A model generated the notes under the pieces. That model saw only the letters and a program-made list of their open reading frames with translations. It was not told the DNA's origin and did no database searches. A stretch of DNA of 64,000 nt from positions 3,250 through 67,249 of IMG/VR virus record IMGVR_UViG_3300022553_000001. The stretch is one strand, 5' to 3'. The translations under genes were made by a program, and so were the position numbers. Below, in pieces: positions 48,107 to 56,987 of this stretch (the first letter of the stretch is position 1; each line of letters opens with the position of its first letter). Source of the DNA: a virus. Lineage: Duplodnaviria > Caudoviricetes.

Positions 48107-48619
48107 TCATATCAGCGATAAAATATGGCTTGTAATAAACCTCCAATCGCCCCGCGCGCCCTCGTATCCACTATTCCACGACTGCGCGATGGCAAAGCCG
48201 CGCTCTACTCCATTCAACCACCGAAATTGATCGTCCACTAATCCCCACGCCTTGACTTTCTGGCAATAGACCACTTTGTCATTAGTGTAAACAATTGGCA
48301 AGTTGGGAAAATATCGCATGACCCACTCCCGGGTCTGCTGCTCAGTGTACGGCGGTCGCGCAGTCAACGCTACTACGATAAATTTGTCCAATAGCCGGCG
48401 CACTGACTTCTGACTGCCCTCGACCACTTTCATCGTCCGCAGTGCACCAGACTTTATAAAAGATTCCATGGTCTCACCCGCCAGTCCCATCTCGGTGAAC
48501 GAGCCGCGAATATCTTCGCGCGTTATGTTCAGCCCAGCATGGTTGTGGAGATGTTGTAAATAGTCATCGGTGAACTCACAAAGCACGTCGTCGATGTCAA
48601 TGCAGAGAAGTTTCTTCAT
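48107..48619 (-). CDS. HAD-family 5'(3')-deoxyribonucleotidase
   Basis: IDIDDVLCEF, LTARP, LVDD, WN motifs. Confidence 0.85.
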   Translation of the reverse strand: MKKLLCIDIDDVLCEFTDDYLQHLHNHAGLNITREDIRGSFTEMGLAGETMESFIKSGALRTMKVVEGSQKSVRRLLDKFIVVALTARPPYTEQQTREWVMRYFPNLPIVYTNDKVVYCQKVKAWGLVDDQFRWLNGVERGFAIAQSWNSGYEGARGDWRFITSHILSLI

Positions 48620-49506
48620 AGGATCCTCTCCGCTTTTGTTTCCCTAAGTAATCTCGCCCTTTCCTTTCGTTCCTTGCCCCAGGGCCTACCTTTTAATTTA
48701 GAAGGTTTGCCCTTACCGCCAATAGAAATATTTAAGCAATGCTCTTTTGATAATTTCTTGCCTTTATGCGCGTTAGAATTATTCTTTCTACCTTCCGGAC
48801 TAACAATCCAATGACTGCCAAGCGCATTCTGCTTACCTGTCATAGCCACACTGTGTTTTCTTTTCTCTTCATCTGATTGATGACGACCCAAGGCATATTT
48901 ATTTCCTATAAGTCTCCTTACTTGTTCTTCAGGCATTTTCCTGCCGGTTAAAAGAACATTCATATTCTTTTTCCACTCATCTGTATGATGACTTCCAAGC
49001 GAGTTTTGCTTACCTGTCATCTGAATACTGCGTCTTTTCTTTTGCTCATCTGTATACGAAAAATGAGCATGTTTTATTCCAGTTAATTTCCTTATGGTCT
49101 CTTCGGTATGATGCCAACCTCCATACACTCCCTTCATGCCTGTATTCCAACCAGGATGACCTTTGTGTTTCTCTGACATCCCGCGCTTTGTTTCTTCGGT
49201 ATGACGCCTTCCAAGCATAGGGACTGTTGAGTCTTTAGCAATGTTATACAAATTAGGAGTATTGTCAAGATACCATTGTTCAATTTTTAATAAATTGCCT
49301 TGCTCACATTCCTCAACAAGATGGAATGAAAAAGATTGCTTGCTATGCTTGCCCCAGGCACGTTGTAAAATTTCGTTAGAATGTTTTCCTAATCTTAATG
49401 TATTTAGGTGTTTCCTTAATCTTCTCTCTGCATTTACCGAAGAACCAATATACTGATTTCCATTAGCGCGATTATAAATCTGATAAATCCCTATTGTCAT
49501 ATTCAC
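48616..49506 (-). CDS. GIY-YIG homing endonuclease with NUMOD3 repeats
   Basis: GIYQI..YIGSS..RLRKH; HTEETK repeats. Confidence 0.9.
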   Translation of the reverse strand: MNMTIGIYQIYNRANGNQYIGSSVNAERRLRKHLNTLRLGKHSNEILQRAWGKHSKQSFSFHLVEECEQGNLLKIEQWYLDNTPNLYNIAKDSTVPMLGRRHTEETKRGMSEKHKGHPGWNTGMKGVYGGWHHTEETIRKLTGIKHAHFSYTDEQKKRRSIQMTGKQNSLGSHHTDEWKKNMNVLLTGRKMPEEQVRRLIGNKYALGRHQSDEEKRKHSVAMTGKQNALGSHWIVSPEGRKNNSNAHKGKKLSKEHCLNISIGGKGKPSKLKGRPWGKERKERARLLRETKAERIL

Positions 49507-49832
49507 TCAATCAACATTAAATATTGTTTGTCTGGACAATCAGAATAATCATAATCATACTCTGAATAAAGAATTGCAATTCTCTTCTGTCTCTCTTCAA
49601 CTGTGTCCGCCTGATCTGATTGATTACATTCCTGGCATGAAGCCATAAGATATTTTTTACTTAAAAATAGTGATTTGTATTTTCTGCCCAAGACGTGATT
49701 TACACAGGTCGCCGATTCTCCGCAAACCATACACACATATTTGTCTCTCTGTAAAACTTCTGCTCGGGCGGTTTTCCACTTGACGAGAAGCTCCTTGCGT
49801 CGCCTTTGTTGGGGTGTCAGCTTTTGTGCCAC
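49503..49832 (-). CDS. HNH-type endonuclease (terminase-associated/NinG-like)
   Basis: RD..CMVC..NH..SCQECN. Confidence 0.7.
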   Translation of the reverse strand: MAQKLTPQQRRRKELLVKWKTARAEVLQRDKYVCMVCGESATCVNHVLGRKYKSLFLSKKYLMASCQECNQSDQADTVEERQKRIAILYSEYDYDYSDCPDKQYLMLIE

Positions 49833-51334
49833 CGACTTCCTGTCCGTGTGCTCAGGTCGTTTGCCCAGCGGCTCTGATGTCCTAGAATCTTGACCGCTTC
49901 ATTCTGTCCTTGCCTGAACGTTGAGCCACAGTACAAAATCGCGAGCGTGTCCGCACAATCAGGACTATGCCCAGTAGTCTCTTTGATCTTTTTCTTCGGC
50001 CACACCGCGATCTTACCATCGCTCGTATAATCATATCCCATCGCGGTCAATTCACCACAGAGCCGGTCATAGATATCTTTCGGTATCCGCGTTAAGTCGA
50101 TATGTCCTTCTTTAAATCGCTTTGATAATGTATAGTAACTTTCGTCCCGAACATCGCGGTAGTGTTCCTTGTCAATAGGCGATTCAGAAAAGTTTATCGG
50201 AGTCACTGGGAATCCCTGCTCGCGCAACCGGTCTACTACTCCACCGCCCATCCCAATTACGTCAACTTTTGCTGGATAAGTTTTGGCTTTGATGCGCCCT
50301 GCGCTAGTCATCAAATCATTACCATTCCAAATTTCTGCTTCAAGTACCACGTCGCCTTGCCCAACGAATGAGCAGCTCGAGTCGTCCCCGAACCGGGCAA
50401 TATCGCACCCCTGCACAATTGGCATTGTCTCGTCGATAGAAAGTTCTCGCTCTCTCGCTGCCTCAACCCAGTTTAATGAAAATAACGCATTCTCGGATTG
50501 CTCGGGAAACTCTCCTAAGACTTTCGCCTGATAGACCGGACTATCTAAGCCCCACTGCTTCAGTCGATCCTTTGCCCAATCTTCCTTGACCCGTCCCGCC
50601 GCAATGGTTTCCTCTAGAGTAATGTGCCGTGTCCACCAACCCTCATACCCCGGCGCGTGGCGATGTATCTCATAAAATCTTCCAGATCGATTACCGGGAG
50701 TGGAAATCGCAAACGCATAGCAATCGCCGGAGGCAAAAGCCCCTTCCGCTGCGTCCCAGGTATCTTCGTTGATTGCCTTTGCCTCATCAAATATGTAAAT
50801 CAATTTCTCGGCGTGAGCGCCTTCGATTAAATCTGCGTTATCCGACGCAACAGCAAACGCTTCTTGTGTCGGCCCGATCTTAATCGAAAGATCGAGCAAT
50901 TCTTTTCCTTTGATGATCGGCAATCGTCCAACCTTGTCCCATCTGATTCGCCGCGTCCACTTTCCAATCTCCGGCCACAAGAACTTTGAAAGTTGTCTCC
51001 ATGCGCTTGCAGTTGTAATAACCTTGATGTCTTCGCTTGTAAGAACCGCCCATAGAGTAATCCAACTTGCCAGCGCAGTCTTCCCTGCACCATGCGGACT
51101 TCTTACTGCGACGCGTCGCTGGCTTACAAATTCGCCCAATATTTCTTCTTGATAAGGTGCTAATCCTTTTCCGCGTGGAAATGAAATACAATCTTTGACA
51201 AACGCCAGTGGATCATTTGCGTATTTGAAAACTCTCTGCGGCTGGCTATAAGGCAGTTTCTGGCTGCCCCACAAGACTCCCAGACGCAGCCTGTCTTCCG
51301 ACATTGACGATGTGCTCAAAGGCATTGATTGCAT
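49817..51334 (-). CDS. terminase large subunit (start uncertain)
   Basis: RVAVRSPHGAGKT, IFDEAKAI, ISTP, GCDIARFGDD, SPDCAD. Confidence 0.92.
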   Translation of the reverse strand: MQSMPLSTSSMSEDRLRLGVLWGSQKLPYSQPQRVFKYANDPLAFVKDCISFPRGKGLAPYQEEILGEFVSQRRVAVRSPHGAGKTALASWITLWAVLTSEDIKVITTASAWRQLSKFLWPEIGKWTRRIRWDKVGRLPIIKGKELLDLSIKIGPTQEAFAVASDNADLIEGAHAEKLIYIFDEAKAINEDTWDAAEGAFASGDCYAFAISTPGNRSGRFYEIHRHAPGYEGWWTRHITLEETIAAGRVKEDWAKDRLKQWGLDSPVYQAKVLGEFPEQSENALFSLNWVEAARERELSIDETMPIVQGCDIARFGDDSSCSFVGQGDVVLEAEIWNGNDLMTSAGRIKAKTYPAKVDVIGMGGGVVDRLREQGFPVTPINFSESPIDKEHYRDVRDESYYTLSKRFKEGHIDLTRIPKDIYDRLCGELTAMGYDYTSDGKIAVWPKKKIKETTGHSPDCADTLAILYCGSTFRQGQNEAVKILGHQSRWANDLSTRTGSRWHKS

Positions 51335-51758
51335 CTTGTTCGGTCAGTCCTTTTTCCTTTGCAAATTCTTCCCAGGATTTCTCTGTCCAGTTTTCAAACT
51401 TCTTTGGCGCCTCGATCCCAAGTAATAGATCGAGTCGGTGACTCCACTTTACCATCAACTCACCAAAATGGAAATTGTTTGTCCGCTTGTACTGCACCTC
51501 GGCATCCAGTCGTTTCTGTGTGGTATAGGCAATCTCCTGCTCACGCCACACCGCAATGGTCTCACCGGCTTTTTCACGCCAGTCATTTTTCATTTGCCGC
51601 AGGTCATCGAAGACTTGGGTCTGTGAGCGTTTCTGAATCTCTGCAATCTGCGCCTGAGTTTTGCCCGCCGCGTAGAGGTCAGCGGTCTCGATCATCCGGC
51701 GCGACTTGATGAATTGCTGGAAGGCATTGTGCCGATTGCTAACTGGTCTGTGTTTCAT
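51246..51758 (-). CDS. terminase small subunit
   Basis: HTH LYAAGKTQAQIAE; RLDLLLGIEAPKK; upstream of TerL. Confidence 0.75.
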   Translation of the reverse strand: MKHRPVSNRHNAFQQFIKSRRMIETADLYAAGKTQAQIAEIQKRSQTQVFDDLRQMKNDWREKAGETIAVWREQEIAYTTQKRLDAEVQYKRTNNFHFGELMVKWSHRLDLLLGIEAPKKFENWTEKSWEEFAKEKGLTEQDAINAFEHIVNVGRQAASGSLVGQPETAL

Positions 51759-52641
51759 CTGTAAATGCTCCCTTGAGCAATTCCTCTTTATACCATTCCG
51801 GTAATCCAGATACCACTCCGCGCTGAATAGTTTTCCAGAAGTGAGCAAATAATTCTTCTTTGATTTCGTCCTTGCATTCTTTCAAAATGTCGGCAGGCAC
51901 CTCGCGGATTAACAAACCAATATCGCGCGGCGACCCTTCTAGTTTCCCTTGCTCCTGTAAATGCTGGATCGCCTTGCGCCATCGCGCCACATTCCTGAAA
52001 CGCATCACTAATGACTGAGCAACATCGGAGCCGGTCGGATTGCGCGCTTTCCAGTCTTTCGCGTTTTCTTCCTTGAAGTCCTCACGCACATACTTGCCCA
52101 TCGCCACTTTCTTCTCTTGGGTAAATTGGCTGTAATTCTTAACGACTACGCCCTCAACCTTCGTTCCGCCCAAGACGCTCTCTGTTTCCAGTAAAGACTT
52201 GAAGAACTCTAGGTCGTTGATCGCACCGCTGAAAAACTGCGGCACAACCTCAAGCCCGATACGTTGTGCCTCTGCTACAACCTCAGTATAGGGCAAGTAT
52301 TCTTCCAGCCCCGGCGTAATGTCGAAAATAATCAGGTTGCAATTCGGAACACGCGAGTAGACTAGCGTGTTTTGCTTCGGCTTTTCTAGATATTCTGCGC
52401 GATAAACCCATCCCAGATGCAAATCCATTGCGCGAATCATCGCAATGGCTTGAGTAAACATCTTCTCTGGCGCATCTAAAATCAATTGCTTACCCTTTGA
52501 CCGCGCCTGCAATTCTCCGTCAATCAGGCCAAAAGAAAACTGCGAGCCATCAATTTTCTCTTGTACTACTACTGTACCCGCAAATAGATTGGTAATTGCC
52601 TTGTGTCCAATCTGGTATACGGTCGGATAACTATGTATCAA
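51739..52641 (-). CDS. RNA ligase (Rnl2-like nucleotidyltransferase)
   Basis: QEKIDGSQFS motif I, FDI, EGVVVK, KYV..FKE. Confidence 0.8.
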   Translation of the reverse strand: MIHSYPTVYQIGHKAITNLFAGTVVVQEKIDGSQFSFGLIDGELQARSKGKQLILDAPEKMFTQAIAMIRAMDLHLGWVYRAEYLEKPKQNTLVYSRVPNCNLIIFDITPGLEEYLPYTEVVAEAQRIGLEVVPQFFSGAINDLEFFKSLLETESVLGGTKVEGVVVKNYSQFTQEKKVAMGKYVREDFKEENAKDWKARNPTGSDVAQSLVMRFRNVARWRKAIQHLQEQGKLEGSPRDIGLLIREVPADILKECKDEIKEELFAHFWKTIQRGVVSGLPEWYKEELLKGAFTDETQTS

Positions 52642-53029
52642 TTTCCTTCTCCACTTTCCGCAACTCGACTGTCACTAAATTCCCCTCGCTGTCAATACGC
52701 GGAAAATCAGAATCCATTTCTGTGAGACCATATTCCCCGGCATCCTGTATCACCTCAGAGTTTTCCCCGGTAATCGCAACATGGGCATTGTGCGCTAAGA
52801 CCCAACGCGCCTTGCCACGATTTTTGATCAATAGCAAAGTCCCTTGCGTCTCAACCTTGCGGAGACAGCCGGGGCAGAACAAAGCCCCACGTGACGCGAA
52901 CTCAGGTACTTCGCCTGTCGGCGCGCCCGTCGGCGGGGCGGGGCGGGCTATATACTCTCGTATTTTGCGGTTTTGCACCGTACTTAAGAGAGCAGGGCGG
53001 CGAGATTTACGTAATTTGCGGTTCTGCAA
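52631..53029 (-). CDS. hypothetical protein
   Basis: 132-aa ORF in the chain. Confidence 0.5.
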   Translation of the reverse strand: MQNRKLRKSRRPALLSTVQNRKIREYIARPAPPTGAPTGEVPEFASRGALFCPGCLRKVETQGTLLLIKNRGKARWVLAHNAHVAITGENSEVIQDAGEYGLTEMDSDFPRIDSEGNLVTVELRKVEKEIDT

Positions 53030-53759
53030 TTTGCAAATACTCCAAGATTTGTGACGCTGAATGAATCACGCGCCGCGCCGTACCCGCGCCTTTCAGAGAC
53101 CGGGAGTGCTCGTCCAGTATCCGCAGACACAAATCATATTCCGTTCGCGTCATGTCGCAACCATCCATGAATACATATGCCTCGGTCTGCTCCGCTTTGC
53201 TCCCCAGCCAATCCTCACGTCGGATTGTCTGCCGCGCTTCTTGCTTGCGGACAAACTCGATAAAGTGCGCCAAGTCCAATTTCGCATCGCCGACCGCGAT
53301 CACATGCTCCGGCGGAAGAACGTTTGTGTTGACAAAGTGATGTTGGACAGCGGGAACCGGCGCGTCATCTTCGACCACGTCACCCACCGCGCCTGATTTG
53401 TTCAAGTCAACGTTCAGCAGTTTCTCCAATTCTGCTTCCATGACCGCCATCTGATGTTTCCATTGAACCTGCTTTGCCTGTGATTCCATCTTGTCCGCAA
53501 TGGCTTTGTGCTGATGGGCAGAGAGCACCACAAACTTTTCCCATGCCACCATCAAAAAGGGCAGCGAGCCAACAACCGCGCACAGTTTGACAATATTGCG
53601 CCATTCCCACTCCAACGCCACCCAGGTAATCAAAACGGAAATCACCACAACAGCGAGCGCAAACTCTATCGCGTTAACAAAACTGAAGCCACGAATTTTA
53701 TCTACGGCATCCTGTTCCCGAACCACAGGTACCGATGAAACAATTTCATTGAATTTCAA
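53007..53759 (-). CDS. membrane protein with two TM helices
   Basis: Hydrophobic segments near the N-terminus; first gene of the leftward unit. Confidence 0.6.
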   Translation of the reverse strand: MKFNEIVSSVPVVREQDAVDKIRGFSFVNAIEFALAVVVISVLITWVALEWEWRNIVKLCAVVGSLPFLMVAWEKFVVLSAHQHKAIADKMESQAKQVQWKHQMAVMEAELEKLLNVDLNKSGAVGDVVEDDAPVPAVQHHFVNTNVLPPEHVIAVGDAKLDLAHFIEFVRKQEARQTIRREDWLGSKAEQTEAYVFMDGCDMTRTEYDLCLRILDEHSRSLKGAGTARRVIHSASQILEYLQIAEPQIT

Positions 53760-53767
53760 CTACCCCT

Positions 53768-53801
53768 ATTATACTACTTTTTTCGTTTTGCAAACCTTAA
53801 A
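53768..53801 (-). promoter_or_regulatory. phage promoter TTTAAGGTT-N19-TATAAT (leftward)
   Basis: Exact motif; divergent from the promoter at 53856. Confidence 0.8.
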
Positions 53802-53855
53802 TTTTATTACAAATAAAAATAAGTTAATTCGGGAAAACTCGGAGAAAAAATAAAC

Positions 53856-53884
53856 TTTACTTTTTTCGCGTTTCGGCGTATAAT
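53856..53884 (+). promoter_or_regulatory. promoter TTTACT-N17-TATAAT (rightward)
   Basis: Hexamers with 17-bp spacer. Confidence 0.7.
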
Positions 53885-54028
53885 AAGGGCGTGGCAATAA
53901 AAGACAAAATCAAATTCCTTTTCTCTTGGGGTCTGCTTGGACTCTGCGCTTTTATTGCCACACGATAAAATCGCTAAAGCAGACCGGCAGACTCCAAGAG
54001 AGGGGGAATTTTTTATTAAGGGGAAACT

Positions 54029-55105
54029 ATGCAACGAATTTACAAACCTAATTACACAATAATTCCGAATATTATCTTAGACAAAATGATGTCAGAGATG
54101 AGCGAGTCTGAATTTCGGGTCGTCATCGCAATATGCCGCAAAACATTTGGCTGGCATAAAGACAAAGATCGAATCAGCATCAGTCAAATTGAAAAATTAA
54201 CAGGACTCAGTCACAATGCAGTTATTGAGGGAACCAAACAGGCGCTTGAGAGGGGCATAGTTGAACGCCATCCCATTAGTCAGTCCTTTGAATATGAAAT
54301 TTCTGTCTTTGAGGAAGTAGAAACTAGTAATCTAGGATTACCGGTAATCCTAGATTACGAGTTAGAGCCAAAACCAGTAATCCTAGATTACCAACAAAAG
54401 AAAGGTCTTAAAGATATAGATGCTAGCGCATCTACCACTCTCCCTCCGCAAGGCTCAAAACCAGAACCACTTAAGAGCATAGATTCTCAAGTGCCTACTA
54501 ACGGCAATGGAAATCACAAGATCCTCACTTCTCAGCAAGCAATGGTTGGCGCGCTCGCAATGGTCTGTGAGCTGGACATCCGATTGGAAAAAGGCAAATT
54601 GGTAACTAATGCGGCACGCTTAATCAAGGCGGGATATACTCATGAACAAATAAACAATTTCTACGGCAAGGGCGGAGAATATTATAAGCGTGACTGGCGT
54701 GGCAAGCAAGGACAATTGCCAAATATCGCAACAATCAACGATACCATTGCCCAGGCAGTCAAAGGAAATTGGGGCATACCTTCTTGGACAAAAGAATCTC
54801 AATCGAAATTTCCAGAAGAGCAACGCGCGATGATGAGAGAAGTATTAGTCAAAGCATCTCATTGTGTAGCAGAAACACCCGAGGCAAAAGACATATTGGA
54901 GAATAAGGCATGTGGGCTTCTTGAAATTGGTTATATCCCAAAAGACGTAAGCGAAGTATATAACATTCCAAATGGAATTTACTGTCGTCGTTGTCGTAAT
55001 CACAATTCAGGAGACCTGCCACCACGATTGACTCTTGAAAAAGTCGTTAGCCGAATTGGTGAATTCAAACCACCTAATAGCAACTCAGAAAAAGTAACTT
55101 TATAA
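54029..55105 (+). CDS. replication initiator (lambda O-like N-terminal HTH)
   Basis: NYTIIPN..RKTFGWHK..DRISISQIEKLTGLS. Confidence 0.85.
   Translation: MQRIYKPNYTIIPNIILDKMMSEMSESEFRVVIAICRKTFGWHKDKDRISISQIEKLTGLSHNAVIEGTKQALERGIVERHPISQSFEYEISVFEEVETSNLGLPVILDYELEPKPVILDYQQKKGLKDIDASASTTLPPQGSKPEPLKSIDSQVPTNGNGNHKILTSQQAMVGALAMVCELDIRLEKGKLVTNAARLIKAGYTHEQINNFYGKGGEYYKRDWRGKQGQLPNIATINDTIAQAVKGNWGIPSWTKESQSKFPEEQRAMMREVLVKASHCVAETPEAKDILENKACGLLEIGYIPKDVSEVYNIPNGIYCRRCRNHNSGDLPPRLTLEKVVSRIGEFKPPNSNSEKVTL
54327..54391. repeat. three 15-bp iterons within the initiator gene (probable origin)
   Basis: GTAATCCTAGATTAC at 54344 and 54377, inverted copy at 54327. Confidence 0.75.
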
Positions 55106-55309
55106 ATGGATACTACTCTCCAAGTCAAGCAATACATCACCAAGGTTCGCTTGCCCAATGAACAGTGTTTCCAAGTTTACACAACCGGCGACCCGCGCTA
55201 CCTTTTATTCGCGCAACTCGACCCGGATGATTGTGCGACCGGGTTACAAATTCCGGTGTTCAGGAAAAACCTGCGCCGAGGATGGCACAAGTTCAGCGTG
55301 GCGAGTTAA
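55106..55309 (+). CDS. hypothetical protein
   Basis: 67-aa ORF directly after the initiator. Confidence 0.5.
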   Translation: MDTTLQVKQYITKVRLPNEQCFQVYTTGDPRYLLFAQLDPDDCATGLQIPVFRKNLRRGWHKFSVAS

Positions 55310-55404
55310 AATGCCTAAGTCCCGCGCCCGACTGAGCGATGCCAAAACACTCTTTTCCCACCGAGCGCCGAACCTTAAAAAATTGATTCACAGCCCAAAA
55401 TACG

Positions 55405-55561
55405 CAAAATTACCTTGTTTTTGTACTGTCCGCTAACATGTCGTACACCTGACATAAGGATGCGCCAGCCGATCCAAGCACGATTTGCATGGTTCTACCG
55501 TCAGTCAGCCGTCAAGGAACTGTTCAAGATGTTAGCGGACACTACAAAATTACCTTGTTTT
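55405..55561. repeat. 17-bp direct repeat flanking a 17-bp imperfect inverted repeat
   Basis: CAAAATTACCTTGTTTT at 55405 and 55545; 55423-55439 pairs with 55529-55545 (16 of 17). Confidence 0.75.
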
Positions 55562-55593
55562 CCAGTGTATTTCGCGAATCGCCGATTCAAAAT

Positions 55594-55627
55594 TTTAAGG
55601 TTATTTTAAGCAAAAAGGGCGTATAAT
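55594..55627 (+). promoter_or_regulatory. phage promoter TTTAAGGTT-N19-TATAAT
   Basis: Exact motif. Confidence 0.8.
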
Positions 55628-55649
55628 AAGGATGTAAGGGAGAGACGAA

Positions 55650-55802
55650 ATGAGAGCATCAAGAAGATCCCCAGAAAAGATGAAAGAAATGAAAATTACG
55701 CGTAAAATCCGTCAATGTAATATTTGCGGGTATACGATTTCTATTGGCCAAAAATATGGTAAGACTACGCGTGGTACCACCTGGTGCGAAAACTGTAAAT
55801 AG
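55650..55802 (+). CDS. small Zn-finger protein
   Basis: CNIC..CENC, 50 aa. Confidence 0.5.
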   Translation: MRASRRSPEKMKEMKITRKIRQCNICGYTISIGQKYGKTTRGTTWCENCK

Positions 55803-55848
55803 CCGGTCCGGGAGCCGAACCGAGGACAAAATTCTGAGGAGGATGAAA

Positions 55849-56037
55849 ATGCAAATCGTACATTATGTCAGCGACGAAGGTAAATTATTCAAAGGCAAAG
55901 ACGAGTACGTGGTTCTGTTCGAGGATGGCGACAATCCTGACGATGAACTGATTGAGGGATTCCGAATCAACAGCACCGAGCAAGCCGATTGCCTTACTCA
56001 CGTTTTGCCGATGAATCGCAAACTAATCACCGCCTGA
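55849..56037 (+). CDS. hypothetical protein
   Basis: GAGGAGG SD; its TGA stop is part of the hammerhead core. Confidence 0.65.
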   Translation: MQIVHYVSDEGKLFKGKDEYVVLFEDGDNPDDELIEGFRINSTEQADCLTHVLPMNRKLITA

Positions 56038-56079
56038 CGAGTCCCAAAGGACGAAACGACCCCAACCGGGTCGTCGCGG
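56030..56079 (+). ncRNA. type I hammerhead ribozyme
   Basis: CCGC-CUGACGA-GUCC(CAAA)GGAC-GAA-ACGACCC(CAACC)GGGUCGU-C^GCGG; full core, GUC cleavage after 56075. Confidence 0.92.
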
Positions 56080-56099
56080 AAAATCAACCGTAAAGGAGA

Positions 56100-56306
56100 A
56101 TGGAAATGCAAACAAAGGATTACGTATGTCTGGAATGTGGAAAACGATTAACTCTGAGCCAGGCCGACCGCGCAGTGAATGGAGACAGGGGTTGTCCTAA
56201 ATGCTACGGTATAGACATTGACTTGTATCTAGATGCAGTTGAGGCCAGGCAAAATGAAGCGCATAATGCAAGTCTATATGCCGCCGCAAGTGGATACGAA
56301 AATTAA
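56100..56306 (+). CDS. small Zn-ribbon protein
   Basis: CLEC..CPKC; AAGGAG SD. Confidence 0.65.
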   Translation: MEMQTKDYVCLECGKRLTLSQADRAVNGDRGCPKCYGIDIDLYLDAVEARQNEAHNASLYAAASGYEN

Positions 56307-56386
56307 TGACCATTGCCCAAAAAGCCGGACACCCGCTAACATGACCTGCGGGGAACATTGGGCAAGAATCTCTGAGGAGGAGTAAA

Positions 56387-56617
56387 ATGGATTACAAAGC
56401 TTGGCATACAAGTTACGGTCAGATGGCAGACCCAGAAATTGAAAAATCAGCATTTGTTGGTGGAATCAATTTCTCAGTTGAATTTCTGAGAGAAAGAGCA
56501 AAACAAATCAGAAAAGCAAATCAATTTCAAGGCAAGACAAAACGCGGCGCAGCAGAAATTGCTCAGTATTTAGAAATTGCTGCAGACAAACTTGCGGGCC
56601 AGATCAGCGAAATATAG
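56387..56617 (+). CDS. hypothetical protein
   Basis: GAGGAGG SD. Confidence 0.6.
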   Translation: MDYKAWHTSYGQMADPEIEKSAFVGGINFSVEFLRERAKQIRKANQFQGKTKRGAAEIAQYLEIAADKLAGQISEI

Positions 56618-56619
56618 AA

Positions 56620-56919
56620 ATGAAAATCCACATCAAGAAGATTGTCTACATCGCGCTAAGTGCCAATGGTAACGAGGATGCTGCGCCCCACGTTCTGAAT
56701 TCCCGCGAGGAACGTTGGATGAAGTCCATTATCAAAGAGGACTTAGGCACAGCGGGAATTTCCCGGCTCTACCGGGGCGCAATGCTCGAAGTTGGGGACG
56801 ATGTAGTCTGGCTCGAAGACTTCGGCTACGACGTTCAGCGCGACCCGGTGCTTGATGCCCGCGAGCAAGCGATACGGGCACGCCGAGTACGGCGGACAGA
56901 GTGGAAGGAATTAGTGTAA
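56620..56919 (+). CDS. hypothetical protein
   Basis: 99-aa ORF in the operon. Confidence 0.6.
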   Translation: MKIHIKKIVYIALSANGNEDAAPHVLNSREERWMKSIIKEDLGTAGISRLYRGAMLEVGDDVVWLEDFGYDVQRDPVLDAREQAIRARRVRRTEWKELV

Positions 56920-56987
56920 CGCAACCAATGGGCGTTGAATCATTGGACACAAACGACTCGCCATGTCGTAAAACTGGCGGAGGCAAA

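Noticed and set aside
55371-55379. Sixth TTTAAGGTT promoter on the - strand
   Set aside because: No TATAAT at the 19-bp spacing
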